In this document: positions 42,701-49,326 of the stretch, one piece after another
Layout: every line of letters begins with the position of its first letter
How positions within the stretch are numbered: the stretch's first letter is position 1
From: a virus
Taxonomy: Duplodnaviria; Caudoviricetes
IMG/VR virus record: IMGVR_UViG_3300020450_000030
Coordinates: 1 to 55,732 of that record
Length of the DNA: 55,732 nucleotides
Strand: one strand, 5' to 3'
The notes under the pieces: generated by a model
The model's database searches: none
Seen by the model: only the letters and a program-made list of their open reading frames with translations
Told to the model about the DNA's origin: nothing
Translations under genes and position numbers: made by a program

Positions 42701-45700
42701 TAATGCTAGTCACCCTACCTGCATTTTCACCATCAGTGTCTATGGTAGCACGAGCAACAGCACCAAATCCAACACCTTGAATACTAACTTCAGGTGCTGT
42801 AGTATATCCTGAACCTGCTGATATAATAGCGATAGAAATGATTCTACCATTTTGCACAATGGGTTGAGCCACTGCACCAGAACCAGAAGATAGACTTACA
42901 TTAGGAGCACTGGTATAAGAAGTACCACCATTGGTAATATTAACGGTATTAATAGGACCTCTAACACTTGCAGTACCTGCTGCACCTGTTCCGCCCCCGC
43001 CAACAATAGTGATTGATGGTTGTGAAGTATAACCAGTACCACCAGAGTTAATTAAAATACGACTTACAGAACCCTTTGTAATAATAGCAGTTGCTGCAGC
43101 ACCAGAACCTCCACCACCAACAATTGATACTAGAGGAGATGATGTATATCCAGAACCTCCTTCTGTGACTGTGATCTCAGAGATAGAACCATTGACTACA
43201 ACACTAGCAGCAGCACCAGTTCCCCCACCACCAGAAATGGTGATAACAGGAGGAGATGCAGCATCATAACCTTGTCCTGCATTAGTAATTGCAATACTTG
43301 TAATAGCACCAAAGGTTTTGCTTTGTGTTGACTTATATGACCATACAGATACACCATTGACCCATGTACCTATCGGACCTGCTATGATACTATTCTTTGT
43401 AGAAATAGTAGTAGGAAGAGTTGGGAATCTGTTTAACTTACGTTGGTTGCCAGGTAGAAGAGCAGAACCAGGAAACGGACCTATAGAATAGTTGGGTATA
43501 CCAGTTGATGCGACATAAGTGTAATTATCATTAAAGAATGAGTTCTGTATATTAGTGGTGTAAGGTCCGATCGCGTTTAAAATTGTGGATGTATCAGACT
43601 TACCCTTATTCAAGTCAACAGATACTAGAATATTACCTTGAGGTATGATTGATGCGGGTTGTGGTAATGAATATTGGAATACTGTCTCACTATCTCTTGA
43701 AGTGACGGTAAATGTTCCATTGTAGATGATTGGGTTTGCACCGTAGACTGTGACCTGATCACCAACTAGCAATCCATGATTATTGGCACATGTGACTGTT
43801 GCGGATTGATTGTTTACACCACCAAATGTAATACCGCTAACTGTAATCAGTTTTTTAACGTTATATAACCAAGTAGTAAGTAATGGAGATGTGCCAGTAC
43901 CACCTAATTTAGAAACTGTTAGTTTATCACCTTGTAAGTAGTATGAACCTGTATCAGTTAAGGTTGTTTGTTGAGCATCAACAATACCAACCACATTCAT
44001 CACAACTTCTTGAGAAGTTCCTTTGTTTATGAATACTTGGAAGTTGGATGATACCTCTGTAGCAGAATCCCAATCTTCTACTACGCCATTTACGGAACGA
44101 GTACACTCAATAAACTGGTTTAATGATTTTTCTTTGTATTGTACTAATTCTGTAGTAGCACCAGAACCAATTACAAACTCACCGTTTCTTTCTGGCCACC
44201 CAATAGTAGAGTCAACTGTAATGATTGAATCCGTAGCATTTAAAGGTTCAGCAAGTTTAGTTTTGTAAGGTACGGTAAATGTACCGTTAATAGTTTCTTC
44301 AGATAGAACAAGTTCAAATATCTCTACTGTAGATGTTTTAATTGAGATATAGTTTTCAACTAAAGCAGATGCTTGTTTTACATTAGAGTCTGCAATATCC
44401 GCTTCTTGTATAAGGAGACCGTCCTGTATGTCAGTAGAAAGACCAGAAACCTTAGTAGCACGCAAAATAGTGTCTATAGACCATGTTGCTGCAGATGGTT
44501 TGATAATTTGATCTTTAGGATATGATATACTTACTGTCTCACCATATAATAACTTGAATAGGTATGCAATACTAAATGATGTTCCTTTTGCAGAGTAAAA
44601 GTCTTTAATAGTCTTGATTGCTGTGCGAACATCAATCTTGGTATAATCTAGTTCTGGTACATCAGGCAAGAACTGTTCTGTATACTTGTCTAGTAATCGT
44701 TTTACAAATAATGCATCAAGACACTTAACTTCTTTGTCAATAACAGCTGAGGTAGCAGTAGTGTTATTAGAGAATACAGCATTACCATCTTCCGTGTATT
44801 CGACAATACCAGACGCAGCACGTGCACATCCTATGAACTGTGCCTTATTATATCCGCTTCCTTTTTGATTAACTTTGAATCCTGTGACCTCATTTAGACC
44901 TATTTCCGCAGATGCCTCAGCACTTGGTGGTGCTTGAATAACAACAGAGGGAGGATTTGCAGCAGTATATCCGCTACCAAAAGTATTTACGTTAATATCG
45001 GTAATAGAACCGTTGAATATAGCAGCAGTTGCGGTAGCACCTGTACCACCTGCGTATCTACCTGTAGCATCTACTCTATTATCAACAATATAAACGGAAG
45101 GAACTTCATCATATCCGTTTCCTCCGTCAAGAACATCAATACGAATGACTCTTCCATCTCCGTCAACTACAGTTTGTAAAACTTGTGCACCAACAGGATC
45201 TACAATTGCTACTCTAGGTACAACAGTGTATCCTTGTCCTAGATTGATAGTATTGATAGATGCGATAGTTCCATCAGATGCTAATACTGCTTCAAAGGAT
45301 GCAGTAATAGGATTTGAACCCATTGGAGGGTCAACATATATTTTTGGAGGAGTTGAATATCCAAATCCTGCGTTTACTACAGTTAAACCACCAACGACTG
45401 ATCCATTAGAAATGGTCGGAGTGGCAAGTGTAGCACCGCCAGGTTGACGAAAAGTAATTCTAGGGGTAAATGTATATCCAGAACCTGATCCAGTCAATTC
45501 TACAGAAGTTACTGATCCATTCTCTACCGTTGCTTTTAGAGTTGCTTGTGTAGAACCTGTTTTAGTTGGAGACTCTATCTGAACGACAGGAGGGTTTGTA
45601 TCACTATAACCTTTACCACCAGAAAGTAGAGTTATTCCTTTAATACCATTTACCAATGCTTGTGCAGCACCACCAGATCCTGTTTGAGTACTGATAGAAA

Positions 45701-46694
45701 CTTTTGGTGGATATTCAAATCTATAATTACTACCATTGACGTTAGTTGAGATGCTAGTAAGTTCACCCTGATCATTTACTCGTGCAAAACCTTCCGCACC
45801 ACTACCAAAAGAAGGAACAGGTGCCTCTATAGAGAATAATGATAAGAATCTACCGTTTGTAGGTGCGGTTTCAAATATGAAGTCTGCACCATCAATAAAG
45901 TAATCTACTTTAGGTATTAATAATCTTTTATCATAGATTGCAATTACATACTCATCAACAATGGGTTCATATGCTTGTCCATTACGTGTTATTCTAAACT
46001 GTGTCTTACCTTCACCAAAAGAGTTTGAAATATTATCAAGCGGAATAATTTGATTTTCTACAAAACCATCTAGGTATGTAATAAATGTGTTTATAGCATC
46101 ATCAGAAGGAATCTTTGTACGAGGAGCAGTAGTAAATGATATTTGAGATCCAGCTACATTATAATCAACGCCAGGTGTCAATACTTCTCCATACACCTTT
46201 ACGATCAAGTGTTGTGGACTAGGAGGTACAATAGGATTATCTTGAGATACTAAGTTGAATAGATTTGTAGTACCATCAAAGAGATTAATAGGACTAAAAA
46301 GATTTACCCACTTTAATTTTACCTGGTCATATGAAATGCCAGGTGAAAGTGCAATGTTTGGAGAACTGGTTGTCCTCTCATAGTAGATAACCTCATTACC
46401 TATGAGGATAGATCCAGACTCTTCTAAGAACTGGTCAATTGATTCTACAACAATATTACTACTTGTAGCAGTAATTGGTTCTACTAATTTTGTTTTACCA
46501 TCTAATATACCTACGTCTAACCTATCAATGTCAAGGTATCCTAAAAAATTATTGAGAATATTCTGTCCAAGACCAGTCTTCTCTTGAGATTGATAGTAAT
46601 ACTCAAGAAATCTATTGAACAGAGGATAGTCAGACTCTACAAACTCTGGAGTCTGGGCAACAATTGCCTGTGAGACTTTATTAATATTTGTCAT
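24777..46694 (-). CDS. gp7: Giant baseplate wedge initiator gp7-like protein (7305 aa)
   Basis: N-terminal QTPEFV..DYP.F..FLEYYY, FYSAKGTS.SIAYLFKLLYGE and IQDSYYYQDFSYAVKS...VHPA motifs; follows gp6; uninterrupted ORF with propeller-like, LamG-like, YHYH-type and repeat domains. Confidence 0.88.
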   Translation of the reverse strand: MTNINKVSQAIVAQTPEFVESDYPLFNRFLEYYYQSQEKTGLGQNILNNFLGYLDIDRLDVGILDGKTKLVEPITATSSNIVVESIDQFLEESGSILIGNEVIYYERTTSSPNIALSPGISYDQVKLKWVNLFSPINLFDGTTNLFNLVSQDNPIVPPSPQHLIVKVYGEVLTPGVDYNVAGSQISFTTAPRTKIPSDDAINTFITYLDGFVENQIIPLDNISNSFGEGKTQFRITRNGQAYEPIVDEYVIAIYDKRLLIPKVDYFIDGADFIFETAPTNGRFLSLFSIEAPVPSFGSGAEGFARVNDQGELTSISTNVNGSNYRFEYPPKVSISTQTGSGGAAQALVNGIKGITLLSGGKGYSDTNPPVVQIESPTKTGSTQATLKATVENGSVTSVELTGSGSGYTFTPRITFRQPGGATLATPTISNGSVVGGLTVVNAGFGYSTPPKIYVDPPMGSNPITASFEAVLASDGTIASINTINLGQGYTVVPRVAIVDPVGAQVLQTVVDGDGRVIRIDVLDGGNGYDEVPSVYIVDNRVDATGRYAGGTGATATAAIFNGSITDINVNTFGSGYTAANPPSVVIQAPPSAEASAEIGLNEVTGFKVNQKGSGYNKAQFIGCARAASGIVEYTEDGNAVFSNNTTATSAVIDKEVKCLDALFVKRLLDKYTEQFLPDVPELDYTKIDVRTAIKTIKDFYSAKGTSFSIAYLFKLLYGETVSISYPKDQIIKPSAATWSIDTILRATKVSGLSTDIQDGLLIQEADIADSNVKQASALVENYISIKTSTVEIFELVLSEETINGTFTVPYKTKLAEPLNATDSIITVDSTIGWPERNGEFVIGSGATTELVQYKEKSLNQFIECTRSVNGVVEDWDSATEVSSNFQVFINKGTSQEVVMNVVGIVDAQQTTLTDTGSYYLQGDKLTVSKLGGTGTSPLLTTWLYNVKKLITVSGITFGGVNNQSATVTCANNHGLLVGDQVTVYGANPIIYNGTFTVTSRDSETVFQYSLPQPASIIPQGNILVSVDLNKGKSDTSTILNAIGPYTTNIQNSFFNDNYTYVASTGIPNYSIGPFPGSALLPGNQRKLNRFPTLPTTISTKNSIIAGPIGTWVNGVSVWSYKSTQSKTFGAITSIAITNAGQGYDAASPPVITISGGGGTGAAASVVVNGSISEITVTEGGSGYTSSPLVSIVGGGGSGAAATAIITKGSVSRILINSGGTGYTSQPSITIVGGGGTGAAGTASVRGPINTVNITNGGTSYTSAPNVSLSSGSGAVAQPIVQNGRIISIAIISAGSGYTTAPEVSIQGVGFGAVARATIDTDGENAGRVTSITIINRGIEYVQGTTLINMTSVGQGAIFTPSVFQWTYNLQATSILDAAKGGVFEGYNNQYGGEYAHISNPQKLRFILGDNLQEATVGTITEQETQLAHSPIIGWAFDGNPIYGPYGYTDPTNQSSEITRLRTSYRLKTALVQSETNPTPVRTAGPLLSNEAAGNFVEDYEYVFNLGDLDQYNGRFCKTPDYPTGRYCYFVTIDATEAGNPEFPYVLGPSFNSVVDSWNLSTSAVQQNIPEGVVRYRDPYENVDIDVERAPNASTNALTTENGEILLFDPEDTNRDGQIDAEEQSLPNLGQLFEESPLQLFDYFPKVRFDSKVDIEVETTNKFEDANVTGFTIENAGTSYQVNDRLVFDNAGTGGDGASARVSRIRGESVSAYTFESISGNNFGVLTTSNPHNLSAGDSIFVDYTPVMDNTNKQFTVRQYRGIEEIQITQTGSGYSSDIPPTIIIDSGTGKDGELQAVVSSVGSIDTVSIINSGSGYATNPRVILSHPQIFKKADYYLSFINNNDYVKVNDVKVNTNKEVFICGKTKDASGNVVAFVSKLSATGVKEWSKTLELSSGLNYAEFNSLFVDGNDIWVVGINKPNTSILNAYNPDIILCKYTQAANGLSATLAFQKAYAGISGGTRADNISIIKKYSDTRYLIGGYTNTNSANPDDAFIASIDTSGNFAIKRKFASANKSERITDIICNGSDVYFCMETASTVGSPDVDVAVGKCQIGINAITVEWINTYASSLHSMINTSIAIDEFNEIYINATCRQKANDTDRDSIWVGKIDSTGALLWNYRYLTPGRDVTSAGKSAIDLFGDLNIAFTRDNNTNEYKTLDVLKIGYDGTIKNHTTTEFDADNIEGLQAHSLDVDTSGDVHVFGQTFWNRNEFVIPFTGSALTDTTGHYTASLTSTSDSFSYDTSGGWGKILGATTAAPSVWTNTNIKFAGTDLGQKLAGDWTLEFFIFKDATNSNVFSQPKETLFAIGDASVSTGGLHLYYDQSSAGPSGPLSMTITNSTTSINSAGSSLTSSQTNLYADNTWQAIAVTKSGDTFKAYVNGIEVLTGTISGTSLGAKDLYIGNIPGANGTLGQFRSNEQGQFHIDHLRLRNRAVTPTVPSDILALPTAGAYGLTIDWVDDAWFTDHMSRYDYIDYAGFGLKSDKNADAVRLGDQGKKPNSGVSFVRTAVSPVTGSPLTININGYPLGDAGYQSLDFDDSTTTMSEDTETITHVQDIWSSRTATVPSPGSQKLQVTAVVKDRYYFKVTPTVKIDNVQELTINQAFNFSVGSKLVLKNDSGQFVNSGYIIRKDDANNKLYLAVNNNAWSNDLTTGQLSTEQFNEQSNYGITGDIPNDINEISNYTFAEINNQTPGTFIINLDSFDLDGTIADIPATISLTAAGTGYPNSGDSIPTTTTNGEATGLIVNYTASGGVIQSIQIGNAAGSGYLVGDEVVVSGGNGDAKFSINSCTGNLDSFATFKPYADADYSVRIDQVSGSSAYIVGSVVTIGAGNISFNADYSQATISGLTGVLKITLVANLTKILQATAVANSDEVYVITDTSHYLDKGDMVYIDGNPSQTLSGVVYDEYDGAFAVERVVSPLEFTYKLKSNALTAPATSASAVSVFIKSPTLKMYYGHQYLFDLSHSSMAGGNLSFAKDNLYKLEYSFNSIERVGTPGVTGGGQPTPTVKLKVDRDIVTNISYYFDPSRTGNDSPVVAGSYLDVVDSPYNGTFEISSVAGATITKGADILKFPLANEPEGAATISQASYQTSSLKAVGAIGDVRIVNPGGFYTKLPIVSGITSSRQIERVQINAPGTEYAVGTYNGVPISGDGEGGFVQITVADGTDAQGSTIPGQISNVVVTSPGKNYTTAIIDINAIPGILGSGLTGSGAELVVVIPSAGTGASVFTKGANVGKIKKLKNNNFGYDYPHDYTLRPEISFPINAQLTSTSILDSITITDPGTGYSQAPAVVVTGGGGSGAIAEATIKNGRLDVIIVKDPGAGYSSTPAVNLRSSFNYVVNLDLGLLQFAFPHGIQNGAAVTLNVVDTGDGAEFPLSAGAVGRLNGNTTYYAIAGTANSLEDDQLKLAITATNAELGDALSFSNAGTGRQQVLTESFGGAAEANVITSTFLEGELVYQGDSLATATAQGFVSTNSGWQVGPRILKIVDYTGEFSANSRITGVISKSSGIITDLKIARGVLEIGSITKTTGQFIDDVGKPSEIIQKIQDSYYYQDFSYAVKSSTSISEWKEILIKNVHPASFKVFGELNLNEYGFIPNKETFFSLTKSVELAQEAIVPNIQNFALVEPVYTAFNNTEVLFRQKRLTSSENILTSVVQRIDDISNLFDGERTSFPLQVDQTNIVANANQLMIVLNGVVQTPGTAFSIQQDSIVFVEPPQPPASVKYVNVTINLIPTVDLEFTNISGIFPRVGNVVVGTSTNARLTVTKVTGNTVTGFITQGNFLLPTAAGGGGELCTVSATGFSANIATRTVDVGIQNITTGNFPDTADVTAGTVFTGATSGATLTLTNVVGVVISGTVTAGQFQTNEIITATLAGGASFSGTTYSVSGGVQSGGLFIFGETVTNFEGDTARVEQVNLQTGQETPLAQLRYTIGLSTTSIEVVKYQTDNSAADEVVPAGTFTAGVNYQFGSEIVKVNVITQNTNSTTLTVTRAQNGTTAVSHQENVPVYGTDISVTNQLTLSKTAGTYQSTPGLFDIQLNDYIIAAQSGVVAQVTASSVYQDPTTNEFIGQVDISPGSSFFGLLFNRITSQTYPNVVLDNIANSQVNIVDFTDNNTPFNENFPSTEQINNYVIPYDNASGDLAENEDIRNYKIEYGNANGDFNSAEDAKIRKLTFKNQKGTGFFVAGQTIRIGSVLEGEGTKAEVVGYSQARKTVYLGKIGRCQYNGQDIHAITFAGNAQISTAGSKFGNSSLLLDGTGDYVNIASSSEFAWGTNAFTLEFWFNPGSGAISGTATLLDQRENATEVAVRVYLEAAQIRYNVNGSDLVTSGATTVNNNTWYHLAIVRSSTTTKLWLNGAEVGTGTDSSNFAAKPIRVGADYAGSNEFEGYIDELRVSTTNRYTSAFNVATGIHQGDTNSKLLVHFDGSNGQTYTEDWSGFVTPAIGDEFNNDSILATSRTTGAPAGFVGRTHRYLNAADHILINKELIKAESLYIMKQVYPAHTVKGGDSVQLARLEVLIQALIDDLRNGSNSHIWNTAASYVNRTTNPVSIQTGTIEDDVPQEIFATEIVEKISKFVINNVPWDIQDTSHSFVQIYDGTLKDSDYPTAVNFTPTGATYNAATGDMVITSNSHNLLSPREITATDAGYTATTGVLTITSNGHNLQTGDRIKLKPNSITMTCTSDGNTVSQSYPRPDDPAAQGWMEVTRIDANNFSINVGKSPTVNYTILDATYDGQTGFMTMNIGDNDLRTAWKYTPEGAAYNPSTGVMTITIANHGFYVGDRVMFDVYSLVFTCAQDSNATDHPYPRLTDPYYNKWLAISNVTTNTFDVNVGTSSNTTTHTFQYALPNSMVRSGETLRLSKDAVSFTCSQDNFRTIHSYPRTDDPGYNTSLPIWTNGTNLTATNAIYDQTTGDMVITIPSHGLTTDDEVRIELNSLTFTCTKDGNKTTHSYPRATDPAAQRWLRITAKTDDTITVNVGIGALKDQYVHTFLSALENGIAKRNNTITVNIGKSPTVAYTPTGGTYNATTGALELTIGNHSLPAPTTHTVTNANYVPSTGIMTLTIAGHNFSNGEKIKIADNSLTFTCAQDGNNTNHTYPRSTDAVSNKWIPISNVTTNTFDVQVLDNIPSTNVTAHTFVSATSGGVSKANSTIKLAPNSLIFTCTQDSNATEHLYPRPEQDRHTATTGTSYNPVTGVMTVTTANAHGLRTGSPIMFQDGSLTFTCAEDNNATLHPYPRSTDYASDRWLFVASVPTTTTFTVNVLDKIPSTNTTTHTFVSAIKGGIIEGDPLVAQAVPIDAVSGTTITINALDGYTPSNTTSHTLSGVVSNQYTPNNATYDATTGVMELTFATTNFTPTNATYNPTTGDMVLTIGSHTLKVGDTVRIQPNSITFTCTLDGNTAQKTYPRAQSNDYAYQYDLTVTDETATTITVNVNGDGTPISDLSAHTFVSASTNAVQHGHQIKEYERIKLADGAVTFSCSMDGNSSNKAYPRATDPISGKYMEVFNVDYNKLSINVGKSPLRKFTPTHAEYNPTTGFMTLTIGRHNLRRGTAVKIATNSITFRCALDDYATDHSYPRTTDPNYNTAVTITDVTDDTITVQTLASTPSTNTSNHIFVSATADAITTGGNYSHTFVSATTNGITRALVQTGGNYEHKFVSGLANGVSTGGNYVHTFVSATSNGIDVAGDSVIISDNSLSFTCTKDGNATIHTYPRSTDPASAQVLPITAHTTNTFTVNVGASKADDQYTHTFSTSAANAVTKVFYSLSDCSDVITTQTNLVSIFTDALGNAILASPTDHLATVTSVSPAAEFVGGRVNGFKEIPFPVSYHDGTSDLIYTNQIDVDGQYRFRDAAYLIRQNASVIVDKAAFDMLQRYPDLVLDLPGNNNGLSDAGTLQKKTDLTSLVQAIANDIENGGNARTVEAAGFYLGNSNEIRRVRLEVVQTIFAHDRLAIYIKQAITGDLTYDNTNDIITGDWDITGNGVANYFDGVKTEVDNLITTINDMIAPTNNDFAIGGDRLYFNRKYIAEESTGLTSTEFTYELNGVSYNAYSYPGSGDGTEVQRQGNLSDILIAIISDLQTGGQNSTITALETYLDANLQVITVEEEMGAFIYSIEQVGVIGEHALNNILYDFNSGFTLPTGYSALKTDETAYRDTETPTSISTVITRFRELIKIAVDFLGPAKLAGRSAAKHILYNYNYYKEEITQQVNTQFGTGQWSYDDFLTNITDDLVHDIITTDLTDKQTAYEVTLTSIIGNFRVGEVIHSSNGAYAEVLEWNEDTSFLVIGAFVGTQWGNGNTLVGRTSKAVGVVNAVGSAYDWYNKPTNVQTIAHARTLTSNITGQIPGINLFTNPEALASDWTPTEATIVNNSIAAPDLTITSEKIVPSTNLALHTLNRDHSLTAFETFDSGTVKFDTTNETFDTGAASASATQTFTFSAFIKAGGYTSVRFQMALDEGTSAVQRIFFDLNLTTGTIGSVFTPQGGITNDAAGVVPLGNGWYRAFITTTFSFGFTTLSNKIIINNAAGSQNYAGNGTDGIYVWGVKLTKSALDPYQSGDGTVFFSDNEYNIKQYALNTLQTYMQQALNNTLTVPSPNAGFFSYYSASDAANYDVKSIGHIIRYNLDIIRNQIKTGTYYTQITSQNGIKVPTKLFGVRSLPVGLSGGINNADYAYGLSSNVYGEIESILENSGKVVQVYQRFRIDGDITDGPYTMNETVQKQGNASVNGVVYGFFEDENYKYLDVKITAGPWAITDNIVGSNNSTTAQISAIESRIHIIDLQGDFTDNIPFKGYTSGETAQPAGSFLKNEAAVTDNTGGTLTVDTATLTGSFEVNSVVYPESSRQFLDVIKYDGLELKVGAKIASTGYIRLGISIISSLATFQVGNRLYKIANGVQDLNTYAIITGVDIANNFIYAIEFQGTLTNGDQIGDYGVGSFPQGYAVITTKITQAGSASATVQDIKTVGTLKRVYLSDVAGVFDINDAIKSIDNYKAVISSKGDLKARVKRSFKGFDGVQTTFDLSQNNGTSYLPDPAGHLLIFINGILQPPGATNAYTAFSNQIQFTEAPDLGASFTGFYVGKLRQLDDISFEFDSLRQSFNLKRNDVFYSLTLTDGVQSSSIRPENNIICSLNGVIQEPGIGFEIVGSRIIFSEIPRVGSTFVAFSYVGSEADVDAAEIVPPVEPGDDIRIQGETEDRTVAVIESSNSLITFDYLGSVFGQDAIATAQLTTGFIKQVQVTSGGSGYTTRPTVRVDSISGFEGNIKALVGVGGVTLSNTGTGYQNPDIAVETVVPDDYVAPDLSQYGEEVVDPEIIT
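29433..32876 (-). repeat. Eleven recursively nested ~105-aa CxxD/YPR domains in gp7
   Basis: 11 opening segments (YxxxTGx(M/L)), 11 CxxD...YPR cores and 11 closing Hx(F/L) strands in balanced nested order. Confidence 0.85.
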
Positions 46695-46702
46695 TTAACC
46701 TG

Positions 46703-48691
46703 TTAGGCTACCGCAACTAATGTTGGTGTTTGGTCGAACACTGTTGGACTCAAACTATTTAGTGGGATTGAGGGAGGTGGTGCAGTTCCAATTGGAGAAA
46801 TTGTCACTTCTGGACTTACTAAGTTAATAATAGTGCCTGGTGTGGAGGCAGGTATCGTTGAACTGTTAGCAGGTATGAATTGAATTGGCAATGATAATCC
46901 TGTTGGTAATCCTGCAGGATCGCTTACAGAACCCGCACCAGTTGTTGAATCTGTAATTGTTATACCAGTGGTTGCAATATTTGAACCTGTTCCAATAATA
47001 GCAATAGGACCAAAGGCAATTTCTCCTGTGTCATAGTTGACAGTTCCTGCATTTTGGTTTGTAAATACCTTTCTTGTACCTGTATTATAGAACGTTCTAA
47101 GATTTCCATATCCATCATCTTCAAATTGTTGATCAACACCTGGTCTATCTGCTGAACGGAACTGTCCAGATAATAGAATTGGTTCTTTTGCACCATCTAT
47201 AGAAAGAGATGACTTACTTGGTGCAGAGTTATAAAGGGCAGAACCAGTAGATATTGTATATGTGTTAGTTTGATTGGTTACAGGTAAAATATATCTCAAT
47301 AGAGTAACCTGTAGAGATACGTCTGTAATGGCGTTATTTGACAGTGTAATCGCCTTCTCGTACGCTTGTGATCTAAATGTACTATTGAAGTTGTTTATCT
47401 GAGTTTGTGTTGCCCATTGACTAATTGCAGTCTGCACATTTGTTTTAATTGTAGATGTGTCAGAACTACTACCAGTATCGTATGAAACAAACACCTTAGT
47501 ATAGATGTATAAGTTCTCTGGGTCAATGATTACAGGGTCAATAGATGCCATTGCATACTTTCTTAAGTCCGATGCAATGTTCTTTTTAGTTTGATCGTTC
47601 AATGTAGCACCTGTAGCAGTTTTAACTGCAACAAACACTTTACCGTAAACAGGAGGATTCAATGAGTCTCCACCGTATGCCACCACTGCATCTGCGTTAG
47701 GATACACCTTCTTAGTTAGAATAGCGTAATCTCCTGCAGTCACAGCACGGTATTGTGATGAATAGAACCTTGGAGCGTTATATTTGATAGACTCAATGGT
47801 CTCAGCAGCACTTCCGTTTTGAGAACGTGCTACTCTTGTCATTGTTATAGCAGAAACAGGATAACTTTGTGCAAGTGTATCCGTCATTCTACCTACGTAT
47901 GAGAACCTATCTACGTCATTTGCCTCTTCACCAGAGGTGACAAGATACTCAAGAAGGACAACTTCACCATCTTTGAGTGCTCTACCTACGGAATCATCAC
48001 CAAATTTCACCTCATACCGCATATCTTCACCCTCAGAAAGGAAGTATACCCTTGTAGATGCGGTAAGTCCTGTGATTGTATCCACTAAATTGTATAAATC
48101 AGAGGTTGTTGATGATTCATTTGCCTTTACTCTTACAGAAAGTGTGGTAATGTCCGCATCTTCTGAAGGAACTTTATAATTTTGTGTCGCAAATGTGTTT
48201 ACAACATACTGAAATGTGACAACAGATCCTTCTTTTAGTATAAGATTGTTAAAAGTTGCGATACCAGTTGTGGAATTTACCTCAGCAGTGGTATCAGACA
48301 TCACATTCCATACATAATTACCTCCAGTTGCCACTGCACCTTTCTTAAGTGTGACTGTAGAAGGGTATGATCCGCTACTTTGTATGGTTTGTACCTGTAT
48401 GTTTACAGTTGCTTGACTCGCTTGTATAGATCTTGGTACATAATTTAAAAGTTTTGCTATATTAACTACATTATCTCTAACAGTAGAGGAGGGAAGGAAT
48501 GCCTCATTCATTGCCATGTTAGCATTGAATGAACTATAGTAAGTATTATATGACAGTACATCAATCAAATAGTTCAATGTAGCACCATCAAACTCATAAT
48601 CTGTGAATTCTTTTCGAGTTCGTAGATAAGATTTGATTGACGCTTTTATGTCATTGAAGTCTAGTGCTGTTAAATTATTTGGAGTTGCCAT
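46703..48691 (-). CDS. gp6: Baseplate wedge subunit gp6
   Basis: LDFNDIK..., FTDYEFDG, LSYNTYY, YEVKFGD, ESIKYNAP...QYRAVTAGDY, YGKVFVAVK. Confidence 0.95.
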   Translation of the reverse strand: MATPNNLTALDFNDIKASIKSYLRTRKEFTDYEFDGATLNYLIDVLSYNTYYSSFNANMAMNEAFLPSSTVRDNVVNIAKLLNYVPRSIQASQATVNIQVQTIQSSGSYPSTVTLKKGAVATGGNYVWNVMSDTTAEVNSTTGIATFNNLILKEGSVVTFQYVVNTFATQNYKVPSEDADITTLSVRVKANESSTTSDLYNLVDTITGLTASTRVYFLSEGEDMRYEVKFGDDSVGRALKDGEVVLLEYLVTSGEEANDVDRFSYVGRMTDTLAQSYPVSAITMTRVARSQNGSAAETIESIKYNAPRFYSSQYRAVTAGDYAILTKKVYPNADAVVAYGGDSLNPPVYGKVFVAVKTATGATLNDQTKKNIASDLRKYAMASIDPVIIDPENLYIYTKVFVSYDTGSSSDTSTIKTNVQTAISQWATQTQINNFNSTFRSQAYEKAITLSNNAITDVSLQVTLLRYILPVTNQTNTYTISTGSALYNSAPSKSSLSIDGAKEPILLSGQFRSADRPGVDQQFEDDGYGNLRTFYNTGTRKVFTNQNAGTVNYDTGEIAFGPIAIIGTGSNIATTGITITDSTTGAGSVSDPAGLPTGLSLPIQFIPANSSTIPASTPGTIINLVSPEVTISPIGTAPPPSIPLNSLSPTVFDQTPTLVAVA

Positions 48692-49110
48692 TATTCGGGT
48701 CTCTTAAGTACGAATGACACAGTTTCAACTAGAGGTTGCCCTACTATAACATATTCAATAGTGACATTAAATCCATTTGCACCTGGTTGTTCTACCACAG
48801 CAAGGTTTTCAATGGTAATTCTTGGTTCATGCTGTCCCACAGTATTTAGGATATCATCCCTAATAGCGTCTGCTGTGAAACCATCCATAGGTTCAAACAA
48901 TAATTGCCTAATTCCAGAACCTATCTGGGGTTGGAAAAGTTTCTCACCAGGTTGTGTCAACACAAGATTCTTTAATGACTGCTTGATAGCTTGGTCATTG
49001 GAGACTGCTGAGACATCTTGAGTAAATGGATTTCTTGCAAAGTCTACTTTTATATCTTTAAAAGCACGACTAAGGTTGACATCCTTTCCTCCTAGTGATT
49101 TTAACGCCAT
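48691..49110 (-). CDS. gp25: Baseplate wedge subunit gp25
   Basis: AIKQSLKNLVLT.PGEKLFQPQIGSG...LLFEP...HEPRI. Confidence 0.95.
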   Translation of the reverse strand: MALKSLGGKDVNLSRAFKDIKVDFARNPFTQDVSAVSNDQAIKQSLKNLVLTQPGEKLFQPQIGSGIRQLLFEPMDGFTADAIRDDILNTVGQHEPRITIENLAVVEQPGANGFNVTIEYVIVGQPLVETVSFVLKRPE

Positions 49111-49214
49111 TTGCTAAGTGGTTTTACATCCTTTTCTTTTTGTTTAGGATACTCACTAATCAGTGTTTTGCCACTTTTGACAAATTCTTCACTTTTATCG
49201 ACTTTTACGACCAT
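49101..49214 (-). CDS. Small hypothetical protein (37 aa, MVVKVDKSEEFVKSGKTLISEYPK...)
   Basis: Hand-translated, below the ORF-track cutoff. GAGGT RBS, directly after a late promoter, overlaps the gp25 start. Confidence 0.7.
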   Translation of the reverse strand: MVVKVDKSEEFVKSGKTLISEYPKQKEKDVKPLSKWR

Positions 49215-49234
49215 ATTTACCTCGATCCTAAAAG

Positions 49235-49242
49235 TATTTATG
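49235..49242 (-). promoter_or_regulatory. Late promoter (cATAAATA) heading the baseplate operon
   Basis: ATAAATA about 20 nt upstream of the ATG at 49214. Confidence 0.8.
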
Positions 49243-49326
49243 CTACTTATTGAATACTTTTAACTTTGCTAGAATGAAAAGTCCTAAGATTACCCAAAAT
49301 GTGATTTCTAATCCGATGTGATTCAT
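49243..49326 (-). CDS. 27-aa hydrophobic peptide (MNHIGLEITFWVILGLFILAKLKVFNK)
   Basis: Hand-translated. ATGA overlap with the oxygenase stop; one TM-like helix followed by lysines. Confidence 0.55.
   Translation of the reverse strand: MNHIGLEITFWVILGLFILAKLKVFNK

Noticed and set aside
24777-46694. Intein or intron explaining the size of gp7
   Set aside because: No LAGLIDADG/HNH motifs or intein-like termini were noticed, and the length is accounted for by structural repeats.
452-47196. Short alternative-frame minus-strand ORFs inside large genes (e.g. 452-658, 1010-1282, 29639-29863)
   Set aside because: Leu/Gln-rich off-frame by-products of codon bias; no independent signals.
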